NCBI GenBank assembly: GCA_036676395.1
Contig: JAKFCY010000002.1
Location: forward strand, 1,344,001-1,408,000
Source of the DNA: Bdellovibrio sp.
GTDB taxonomy: Bacteria > Bdellovibrionota > Bdellovibrionia > Bdellovibrionales > Bdellovibrionaceae
Direction of reading: 5' to 3'
DNA length: 64,000 bases
Shown one piece after another: positions 40,478 through 49,600 of this stretch. The translations under genes and the position numbers were made by a program. The notes beneath the pieces were generated by a model that did not search any database, was not told the DNA's origin, and worked only from the letters and a program-made list of their open reading frames with translations. Every line of letters starts with the position of its first letter. Positions within the stretch are counted from its first letter, which is position 1.

Positions 40478-41365
40478 GTGAACACATCAATCAAAGTTTC
40501 TATTTTAGTCTCGGCATTAATGCTAACTGGGTCATGCGCAATGATTCAAAAATTAACTTGTAATACAAATAATGCAAAAAGCTCGGGCGCAAGAGATGCC
40601 ACTAACGGTAACATCAATATGCCAGGGTTAAAGTCAGGCGATTCTTGTGAAGGTGAATACACGGGTTCGCAATTTCAAGCTGACTACCGTCAGGGATTTG
40701 AAGAAAAGAAAAATCAAATTTGTCAAATCGGTGAAATTACTAAAATTACTCAAACCGGTGTTGATGCAGGATTATCAAAAACTGATGTCGAGAAAAAAAT
40801 GGGCGCTTGTGTGACAATGTCATCATACGCTTCGTTAAAAAATAATATGGAACGTGTGTATATGGCAGGGTTTTGTTCGGCAACACGCGCTGAAAAAATC
40901 GGTAATAAACATGGCTCTGATTTAACTGAAAAATCTTTCGAGCCAAGCTTTGCCGGCTGCGAAGCTAAATGGTCAATGTTAAAACCTGCTTACGACCAAG
41001 CTTATAACAAAGCTTCAGTTCAGGCACATAAAAACAAACAAGATCTTTTCGTAAAAAACACGGGCACTTCAACTTTTATTTTAGATCAGAAAAATCTTTC
41101 TGCGAGCTGTATTATTCCTGTCGACCAGTCGATGGTTAAAGTGACTGTGAACAATCCAAACCCGTCACAAACTTTAGTGCAAGGCCAATGGAACTATCAA
41201 TATTTTGATAAAGACTTTGCAAAAATTGCTGATGATTCAGGTGTTGATGCAGTTTTATTGTCGCCGCAATCAAATAAGTCTTTTACAAAAATGACTTTGC
41301 CAAGAAACGCCAGCTTCTGCAGAGCTGAATTTGCGGGTATTGCTCAGGGAACAAATATCAAATAA
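40478..41365 (+). CDS. Cys-rich lipoprotein, possibly DUF2799-like repeats
   Basis: Lipobox TGSC; repeated C...G..D..G / Y..GF pattern; AGGAG RBS before GTG. Confidence 0.65.
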   Translation: MNTSIKVSILVSALMLTGSCAMIQKLTCNTNNAKSSGARDATNGNINMPGLKSGDSCEGEYTGSQFQADYRQGFEEKKNQICQIGEITKITQTGVDAGLSKTDVEKKMGACVTMSSYASLKNNMERVYMAGFCSATRAEKIGNKHGSDLTEKSFEPSFAGCEAKWSMLKPAYDQAYNKASVQAHKNKQDLFVKNTGTSTFILDQKNLSASCIIPVDQSMVKVTVNNPNPSQTLVQGQWNYQYFDKDFAKIADDSGVDAVLLSPQSNKSFTKMTLPRNASFCRAEFAGIAQGTNIK

Positions 41366-41404
41366 TTGTTTTCTATTGTTAACAAATTCTCAGATTGAGA
41401 CAGT

Positions 41405-41442
41405 AAAAAGATCGTCAAGATGAAAGTCTTGGCGATTTTTTT
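41405..41442 (+). terminator. Rho-independent terminator after the lipoprotein gene
   Basis: ATCGTCAAGA-TGAAAG-TCTTGGCGAT followed by a T run. Confidence 0.65.
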
Positions 41443-41477
41443 ATTTATATTTCAATTTATGTGATCTGGCCAAGCTG

Positions 41478-41497
41478 TGACTTAAATATTTAAGTCA
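41478..41497. promoter_or_regulatory. Perfect 20-bp palindrome (candidate operator)
   Basis: TGACTTAAAT|ATTTAAGTCA overlapping the -35 element. Confidence 0.55.
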
Positions 41498-41510
41498 GTA
41501 AATCCGATAA
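41483..41510 (+). promoter_or_regulatory. Putative sigma28 promoter of fibre gene 1
   Basis: TAAA-N16-TCCGATAA, 7 nt before GTG 41518. Confidence 0.6.
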
Positions 41511-41517
41511 GTTAACT

Positions 41518-44500
41518 GTGAATCACGTAAGCTGGCAGACACGATATCTGAATATTTTCAGTTATATTTTTTTCGTATTTATTATTGTAAATACGCTATC
41601 TGCATTTGCGGGCCCTGCAAATACAACCTATCAGGCAAAAATTATTAAACCTGATGGCTTTCCGCTTGAAGCCACGAGCGTAAATTTTAAATTTACGATT
41701 TTAAATCCAACTGGCGATTGTATTTTGTATTCTGAAACTTATTCTTCGGTGAATATGTCTGGGGCGGGTGGATTAATTTCTTTTGCGTTAGGCAGTGGGG
41801 TTAAAACTTATCCGGTCAGCGCCACAACTTTTGAACAAGTTTTTTCGAATGTAACTTCAAGTTTATCTTGTGACACTGGTGGCCCGGTTTCTTATTCGCC
41901 TTTAGCTGCAGATACGCGAAAAATTGTGATGCAATTTCATGATGGCACTGGTTGGCAGACGTTACCCGCAATGAATATCAATGCGGTACCGTATGCGATG
42001 TATGCTAATGAAGCGCAAAAAATTTCAGGACTACCAACATGCAATCCTGCTGAAGCCTTATCTTATAATGGAGTAAGTTTTACTTGTGAAACGATCAGCG
42101 GTGCGGGTGGTGTTACTTCTTCAACGATCACTGCTGCTTTAGGTTATACGCCAGCTGATAACGCGGCTATCACAAATATAACTACAAATGTTTCAAGTGT
42201 TTCGACAACTCTATTTTCGGTTTCGTCGACAGTTTCAACATTAACAAATACTGTAGCAGCTTCGTTTTCGACAATCACCAGTTCGCAGTGGTTAACAAGC
42301 GGTACTACAATTAGTTATTCTTCTGGCTTTGTGGGTATCGGTATCGGAACCGGGAATCCAACTTCAGCATTACAAGTTTCGGGTTCTGCGCAAATTTCTG
42401 GGCAAGTGTTGCTTGGTAAAAATCCTGCGACGGGCGGAGTTTTTAATTTTGGTCCACTGCTTGGTGATAATGTGGCTTATAGCGGGCCTTTCTTTTTGCA
42501 AGAGACAATAACTGATCTTTCTGCGGCTCACACGGTAGGACATGGCGTATCGATTAAATTAAATGGAAGCGCAAACAGCAGCGGTTTAGTTTTTAATGGA
42601 TTAAATTTTTTACAAGTGCAGTCAGGTAGTACCGTCAACTATGGAAGTTTGTTTGGTGATTTGGGTATTGTTGAACATGATGGAAGCGGAAGCACTTCAG
42701 ATATGACGGGCATGAGTGCTTTAGCTCTGAAAAGCGGATCAGGCACAGTGTTTTCGATTCAAGCTATGAATGGGCGCTCTTATGTTTATGGCGGATCAGT
42801 CACCAATGCCTACGGTGCTTTTTTTGGCTCTGCAAATGCTGGCGGAAACATTACTAATAACTATGGAGTGTGGATTGATTCAGCAATAAATACTGGTGCC
42901 GTTGCAAATAATTATGGTTTGTATATTAATGATCAAAATTTTGTAACAGCATCGCAAACTTACAATATTTATTCTGCGGGCTCTAATAGTAGAAATGCTT
43001 TTATGGGTTTTGTCGGTATTGGCACTGCCGCACCAAATGCGAGATTACATCTTACGGCAGGCAATGCTTCATACGCGCCATTTAAATTTACCAGCGGCAC
43101 GCTACTAACAACGCCTGCCTCAGGGGCAATCGAATACGATGGTTTTAATTTATATTACACCGACGGCACTAACACTCGTCGCACGATTGCCACGGGTTCT
43201 GGGGTAACATCAGCAGCGATTGTTTCAGCACTTGGATATACTCCGGCAAACAGTGCAACGGTTGCAACACTTTCATCAACAGTGACAAGTCTTACGGCAA
43301 CTGTTTCTGGTGTTGTATCTTCACAATGGGCAACAAGTGGTACTGCAATTAATTATTTAACAGGAAATGTGGGTGTTGGATTAACAAATCCAGCGCAGGC
43401 TCTCGATGTGAGCGGAACTATCAAGGCTACAAAATTTTATGCCGGTGATGGGGCATTTAATTTGCCATCAATCACTTTTGCAAATAGTTCAAACACTGGG
43501 TTTTACAATGCGGGTGGTAGCCTTGGTATTTCTGTTGGTGGTGGGCTTAAAGGAACTTGGTCTTCTAATAGCCTGGGTTTTAATGCCGGCGGCGCTGGTC
43601 CGCAAATATATTTTACTGGCGGCAATGCGGCTCAGCCGTCGTACGCGTTTAATGTGGATTCTGATACGGGAATGTTTAATCCGAATGCTTCGGGTGGCAG
43701 TAACGAATTAGGGTTTTCAACTTCAGGAACAGAAAAACTTCGTATTTTATCAACGGGTGATGTGGGTATTGCGACAAGTTCTCCTTTAGGAAAACTTGAT
43801 ATTGCCTGGGGCGGAGCAAGCGGTTTAGTTGGCGGCGCTGATATGAGCGCCTCAACAAGAACTAATAACACGAATAAATGGTTTCGTTACTCGCAAGCGC
43901 ACTATGCCAATGCGACGACGCCATTTTTGGCGATGATGACGGGTTCAACCAGTACAGAAAATGGTGTGTATTTTGGCGGAGGCACTGCGCTTCAACCCAA
44001 CGCTACGGCTTTGCATTTTTACACGGGCACAAGTCAATCAACCGATGGCGCGGCTGTTGAGCGGATGAGTATTATTGCAAATGGTAATGTCGGCATAGGT
44101 GTTACCGGACCAACTGCTAAATTGCATGTGCGCCAGTTAGCTTCTGAATCGCCATTTAGCGTCGACAAATCAGATGGTACAAACGTTATGACCGTGGATT
44201 GGGCGGGTCGTATTACCATGGATACAAACGTCAATTCGACTGTTCCGATGTTAACCGTGGGTAATGGAAATTTCGGCGGTCGTTTACTTGTATTAAATGG
44301 TAAAACAGGTAACACAAATAATCTTCTTGAAGCCAAACACAATAGCTCGGACAAATTTGTTGTAACCTACACGGGTGCAACAGGTATTGGCACAAGCAAT
44401 CCAACAACAGCGTTACATATTGTAAGTAGTGGCGCGGCCACAGCAAGAGGGCTACGCATTAATTCGACAGGCACAGGCAACAGCATTTTTGCTGAAGCGC

Positions 44501-45834
44501 AGTTTGCCTCGGATGCACGTGAATTTCGTATTGGTGTGGCCGGAGCTTCGGAGACAACATATAATGTGCCTGGAAAATTTTATCTTTTTGATAACAACGC
44601 CAATGCGATGCGCATGGTCGTTGATTCAAGTGGCAACCTCGGTGTTGGCACAACAACTCCAGCTTATAAATTTTCGCTTTATCAGGGAACGGGCAGTGTT
44701 GTCGCCAATGTTGAAAGCGGTAACAATGGTTCAGCCGCATACACACGTACGACCGGTAAAACATCTGGTGGAGTTACGCGCACGATGGGATCTGGTTTAA
44801 ATATCAGTGATAGCAATGGTAATTTTGAACTTTACGATTTTACTGCAGGCGCATCACGGCTTTATGTGAATGCCGCAGGTAACATCGGTATTGGCACAAC
44901 GGCGCCATCAAATATTCTTTCTGTGGGAGCAGATTTAGGGGCGATGGTAAATTCTTCGAGCACAATAACTCTTGGAAGCGCAAGTACAAATACTCTATTT
45001 ACCTTAGGGCAAGATGCGACCAATCGTGGACGAATCAGATGGAATTATAACACTACACCAGCAAGTGCTTTTATGTCAGTTGGTTCAAACGTTGGTCAGG
45101 CCTTAGTTTTACAAGACAACGGTGGCAACGTCGGAATTGGTACGACGACGCCTACAAATACTCTTTCGATTGTTGGTTCAGAAAAACAAATTTATATTCG
45201 CGATTCTGATGACCCCACCGGAGTATGGGCGATCGGTACAGTCGGTGCAGATAATAAACATTTAAATTTTATTGATGATAATGCCAATGTGCGAATGACG
45301 CTGACTGAATCGGGCGCATTAGGCATCGGAACGTCATCGCCAGCTTATGCCTTAGATGTTAGCGGCGATATCCGAATCACCGGTACACCTTACCGCAATG
45401 GCGGAGATTCGGCATGGATTGTGCCTTCAGATGCGCGACTTAAAGATGTAGTTTCAACTTATGATCGTGGTTTGCGTGAAATCGCAAATATTGATACAAT
45501 TATTTTTAATTATAAAAAAGATAATCCAAAACAAATTGATGCGTCAGTGAAATACACCGGAGTTTTAGCGCAACAAGTACAGCAGCAAATTCCTGAAGCT
45601 GTTAAAGTTGAAAAAGATGGATTTTTATCGCTGAACACGACTCCCATATTTTGGGCGATGATTAATGCGATTAAAGAACTTTATCATGATGTCTTGGGTA
45701 TCAAAGCCGAAAATGCGCAGTTAAAAGCGCAAAGTATTGAGCAAGCGCGTAAGATTCAAAGTCTAGAAGAAGAAAATGCGGCTGTTAAAGCGCGATTAGA
45801 GCGTATTGAAAAAGCTCTTGAAAAAACAAAATAA
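41518..45834 (+). CDS. Trimeric tail-fibre-like adhesin with C-terminal S74 intramolecular chaperone (MAT-like), copy 1
   Basis: Signal peptide ending AFA; many G(N/D)VGIGT..P repeats; PSDARLKD autocleavage motif, GVLAQQV and terminal coiled coil. Confidence 0.9.
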   Translation: MNHVSWQTRYLNIFSYIFFVFIIVNTLSAFAGPANTTYQAKIIKPDGFPLEATSVNFKFTILNPTGDCILYSETYSSVNMSGAGGLISFALGSGVKTYPVSATTFEQVFSNVTSSLSCDTGGPVSYSPLAADTRKIVMQFHDGTGWQTLPAMNINAVPYAMYANEAQKISGLPTCNPAEALSYNGVSFTCETISGAGGVTSSTITAALGYTPADNAAITNITTNVSSVSTTLFSVSSTVSTLTNTVAASFSTITSSQWLTSGTTISYSSGFVGIGIGTGNPTSALQVSGSAQISGQVLLGKNPATGGVFNFGPLLGDNVAYSGPFFLQETITDLSAAHTVGHGVSIKLNGSANSSGLVFNGLNFLQVQSGSTVNYGSLFGDLGIVEHDGSGSTSDMTGMSALALKSGSGTVFSIQAMNGRSYVYGGSVTNAYGAFFGSANAGGNITNNYGVWIDSAINTGAVANNYGLYINDQNFVTASQTYNIYSAGSNSRNAFMGFVGIGTAAPNARLHLTAGNASYAPFKFTSGTLLTTPASGAIEYDGFNLYYTDGTNTRRTIATGSGVTSAAIVSALGYTPANSATVATLSSTVTSLTATVSGVVSSQWATSGTAINYLTGNVGVGLTNPAQALDVSGTIKATKFYAGDGAFNLPSITFANSSNTGFYNAGGSLGISVGGGLKGTWSSNSLGFNAGGAGPQIYFTGGNAAQPSYAFNVDSDTGMFNPNASGGSNELGFSTSGTEKLRILSTGDVGIATSSPLGKLDIAWGGASGLVGGADMSASTRTNNTNKWFRYSQAHYANATTPFLAMMTGSTSTENGVYFGGGTALQPNATALHFYTGTSQSTDGAAVERMSIIANGNVGIGVTGPTAKLHVRQLASESPFSVDKSDGTNVMTVDWAGRITMDTNVNSTVPMLTVGNGNFGGRLLVLNGKTGNTNNLLEAKHNSSDKFVVTYTGATGIGTSNPTTALHIVSSGAATARGLRINSTGTGNSIFAEAQFASDAREFRIGVAGASETTYNVPGKFYLFDNNANAMRMVVDSSGNLGVGTTTPAYKFSLYQGTGSVVANVESGNNGSAAYTRTTGKTSGGVTRTMGSGLNISDSNGNFELYDFTAGASRLYVNAAGNIGIGTTAPSNILSVGADLGAMVNSSSTITLGSASTNTLFTLGQDATNRGRIRWNYNTTPASAFMSVGSNVGQALVLQDNGGNVGIGTTTPTNTLSIVGSEKQIYIRDSDDPTGVWAIGTVGADNKHLNFIDDNANVRMTLTESGALGIGTSSPAYALDVSGDIRITGTPYRNGGDSAWIVPSDARLKDVVSTYDRGLREIANIDTIIFNYKKDNPKQIDASVKYTGVLAQQVQQQIPEAVKVEKDGFLSLNTTPIFWAMINAIKELYHDVLGIKAENAQLKAQSIEQARKIQSLEEENAAVKARLERIEKALEKTK
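41602..42015 (+). repeat. N-terminal block of fibre 1, repeated at about 46724-47137
   Basis: Shared DNA such as TATTCTGAAACTTATTCTTCGGTGAATATG and GCAATGAATATCAATGC; near-identical protein from AFAGPA to PYAM.ANEA. Confidence 0.9.
45427..45677 (+). repeat. S74 block of fibre 1, repeated at about 50828-51078
   Basis: Shared TCAGATGCGCG, TATAAAAAAGATAATCC, GATGGATTTTTATC and TTGGGCGATG. Confidence 0.85.
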
Positions 45835-45846
45835 ATAATCGTTTTA

Positions 45847-45862
45847 AGGTACAGTCTTTGCT
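45847..45862 (+). promoter_or_regulatory. Putative sigma54 promoter of the hemerythrin gene
   Basis: AGGTACAGTCTTTGCT: GG-N10-GC with TTGCT at -12. Confidence 0.45.
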
Positions 45863-45892
45863 TCTTTGTTTATTAGGATGCAAGGAGGCATT

Positions 45893-46534
45893 ATGACCAT
45901 CGCTGATAATCAAGAAACAACCTATTCGACTTCAAATGGTAACGGATTTTTTCATACCATGCTGCATGACTTGCGAAAATCGTTGCGCGGCGAGGCTCAT
46001 ACTATTGCTGAAATTCGCCAAGAGATGAATGCAGCTTTGCGCAAACAAACGAAACTTATTGATGCACTTAAAGACCATCATAATTACATCAAAGAATCAC
46101 TGGTGGTTTGTTTAGATCGAGATACTCAAGATAATGAAAAACAAATTCATCTGGATCGATTGCTTAAATTATTCGAAATGCATGCCAAAGCCGAAGAGCA
46201 AACACTGTATAAACTGATGATCGCAAGTTCAGAAAAATTACCGCGCGTAGACGGTAGTCTTGCTCAAGATGAACATGAAATTATTTATCAGCTGGCAGAT
46301 CAGCTGCGTGATATGCATTTTCAATCGCTATGGACAGAAGATGTCGAAGCCAAATGTTTAGTTCTTTGCGAGTTAATAGTGAATCATTTTAAAAAAGAAG
46401 AATCAGAGATTTTTCCGGTAGCAAAAGATCGAATTAATTCAGGCCAGTTAAATGATACGGCTTCAGACTATCTCAATTTATGTGAAAATTATTTAGCTAT
46501 GAGCGAAATACGGGCTAAGGGTATATTTTTATAA
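45893..46534 (+). CDS. Hemerythrin-domain protein (start ATG 45893)
   Basis: LKDHH, HAKAEEQTLY, DEHE, HFKKEESEIFP motifs; GGAGG RBS. Confidence 0.88.
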   Translation: MTIADNQETTYSTSNGNGFFHTMLHDLRKSLRGEAHTIAEIRQEMNAALRKQTKLIDALKDHHNYIKESLVVCLDRDTQDNEKQIHLDRLLKLFEMHAKAEEQTLYKLMIASSEKLPRVDGSLAQDEHEIIYQLADQLRDMHFQSLWTEDVEAKCLVLCELIVNHFKKEESEIFPVAKDRINSGQLNDTASDYLNLCENYLAMSEIRAKGIFL

Positions 46535-46616
46535 ACGTTTTTAACTGCATTTTAACCGAGGCAGTCCTGCTGCCGGCAAAGTATTTTTTCATAAGCATTG
46601 TGAATGAGAAAATGGT

Positions 46617-46644
46617 TAAACCCATAGACGGTTTCTACCGATTC
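46617..46644 (+). promoter_or_regulatory. Putative sigma28 promoter of fibre gene 2
   Basis: TAAA-N16-ACCGATTC, 7 nt before GTG 46652; same geometry as fibre gene 1. Confidence 0.5.
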
Positions 46645-46651
46645 GTACTCT

Positions 46652-49600
46652 GTGAAACGAACCGCTGGACGTGCACTGTCTCATATTGCGACTGCTATTT
46701 TTCTGCTATTTTGCAGTCTGCTTGCTTTTGCTGGTCCCGCAAGAACTACTTATCAAGCAAAAATTATTAAACCAGATGGTTATCCACTTGAAGCGGCTAG
46801 TGTGAATTTTAAATTTACTATTTTAGATCCAGCCGGTGCTTGTATTTTATATTCTGAAACTTATTCTTCGGTGAATATGACTTCAACGGGCGGATTAATT
46901 TCTTTCTCGTTAGGATCGGGTGTGAAAACTTATCCTGTTTCTAGTCCAACTTTTGAAGATGTGTTTTCAAATATTACTCCTAACTTATCTTGTGATGTTG
47001 GTGGTCCAGTAAGTTATTCGCCGTTAGCAACTGATACCAGAAAAATAGTGATGCAGTTTCATGATGGCAGTGGCTGGCAAACTTTGCCTGCAATGAATAT
47101 CAATGCCGTACCTTATGCGATGTTTGCAAACGAAGCTTTAACATTAAACGGAAAATCTGATTCTGCTTTTGTTGAAGTGGCTAGTATTCCCACGTGTTTA
47201 TCAACTGAAGCGCTTCGCTATAACGGCACAAGCTTTTCGTGCGTAACTACAGCAGATGTTTCGGCAGCTGCCGTAGTTGCTGCTCTTGGTTACACGCCGG
47301 CCACCGGCGCAAGTGTGACAGCGCTTGTATCTTCGCTTGCGACAACAGATTCATTGTTGTCGCAAGTGTCAGCGACGGTGTTTTCAGTTTCAGCAACAGT
47401 GTCTTCGTTAGCAAATTCGGTTTCAGCACTGACTTCATCACAGTGGTTAAGTTCGGGCACTTCGATCAGCTATGATGCCGGAAATGTTGGTATTGGCACT
47501 AGTTCTCCAACCAGCTTGTTGCATCTGTATTCTGAATCAGCTGTTTTTCAGCAGTTATTAATCGACGCAGCTAGAAATAGCGCAGGTTCTTACGGTTTAG
47601 TTTTTCAAAAATCGCGTGGCAATACCTCACTAAGAACACCTACTTTGAACGGAGACCGACTTGGAGAATTAATTTTTCAAGCCTACACCGATGGTTCTTA
47701 TCCTGGTGAATCAGCTAAAATTCGCGTGACCGCTGCAGAGACCGCAAGTGCTACCGGTGTTGGTGGTCGCATACAATTTATGACGACAGCAGTTGGTGCG
47801 TCGGCACCAGTTGAAAGAGTGCGGTTTGAATCAGATGGCCATGTCGGCATCGGCACAACAACTCCTGTTACAAGTTTAGATGTTTCTGGCGGCGTGCGTA
47901 TCAGCATGGAATCAGCAACCTGTGCGGTAAGCTTTGCCGGAACTTTACGCTATAATTCAGGACTCGTAGAATACTGTAATGGTGCCACATGGTCTGCATT
48001 TGGTGTGGCGGGTGCAGGAATCACTTTACTTAATGGTTCGGTTTCTGGAACACAAAGTTTTGTGACAGGGATCTCTGGAACAAATTTTAATATTAGCTCT
48101 ACAAATGGAGTTCACAGTTTTAATATTCCACAAGCTTCATCGGCTGCGGTGACTGCGGGTTTATTGTCGAATGCAGATTATGTAATATTTAATAGTAAAG
48201 TCAGTGCAACTTCAGCGTCGGTGATTACAGCTTTAGGTTACACTCCTGCAAGTGCGACAGCAGTTGCAGCGTTATCTACAACTACGGCCGCTAGTTTCTC
48301 TGCAATAACTTCATCACAATGGGTAACATCAGGTTCAGCTATTCATTATAATTCAGGCTATGTCGGCATTGGCGTTTCAGGTCCGTTATCACGCCTCACC
48401 GTGGCCAATGTTACACCCGATACACCTATCGTCGCAGAAGGTGCGAATTCGATTTCAATTTTTGGTGATGGGCACGCTTACTTTCAAGGCCGTGATGTTA
48501 CAAATGGTGTTGAATTTGTTATGGGGACAAGCACTGCTGCAGGTGAAGTTTTCGCGGGCAGTATGTCGGATCATACTTTTACTTTACGTACTGGTAATAA
48601 TCGCCGCATGGTGTTTACAGCCAGTGGTGCAGTTGGCGTTGGAATCACTTCTCCGACGGCTAAACTTCATATTGGTGCGGGCAGCAGCACGCTACCATCG
48701 TTAAAACTGACTTCAAGTACATTGCTGTCTGCACCGCAAGCGGGCAGCATAGAGTATGATGGTTTTAATTTTTTTATTACTGATGGCTCCGACACTCGTC
48801 GCGCCATTGCTTCGGATGACAATACAAATTTTACCGCAGGTCATATCGTAGCTTCAGGTAGCTTAAATTTAACGAACAGTGCCAATTTATATTTAACGGC
48901 CACGGCTTCAGATGTGGGCGATATTATTTTTCAAGAGGCCAGTGGCACACAAAAAGGTCGTATCTGGTCAAACCCTTCAGCGGTCGGACTTTTCTTAAGC
49001 TCGGGAGACACCACTCCTGACATTACGATTAATGCTGCAGGAAACGTTGGTATTGGCACGCAGACTCCGACTGAAAAATTAGAAGTCAGCGGCGCTATTA
49101 AAGTTCCAGGTGTTGGTCAGATTGGTCCCGCGGGTGGTTTTGGATACGCCATGTATACAACAGGCACAAATAATTTTATCGGGCAAATGTATGGCTCGGC
49201 GTCGGGTGTGCAATTCACCAATAGCGTTGGTTCGAACACATTTTTTATCAGCGAAAGCGGTCGGGCTGGGCTTGGAACAAGTTCTCCGACAGCACTTTTA
49301 AATCTTGTCGGCACAGATGCGTATAATAATTTACTTATCGATTCAGCGAACTATTCAGCATTGACTGCGCGGGGCGGGGCTACATCTGGTTGGCCACTTG
49401 TGCAGTTAAGTCATCAAGGAGCTGGCGGAAAAAGCTGGAATATCGAAGCCGGTCGCCATTCTTCAGATAGTTTTGGAATTTACGATACGGCTTCAGGAAC
49501 CACACGTTTTTCTATTTCCTCATTAGGAAATATCGGTATCGGTACAGTGGCGCCGACAAATACTTTAGATGTTGTCGGGTTTGGGTTAAATGTCACGCGC

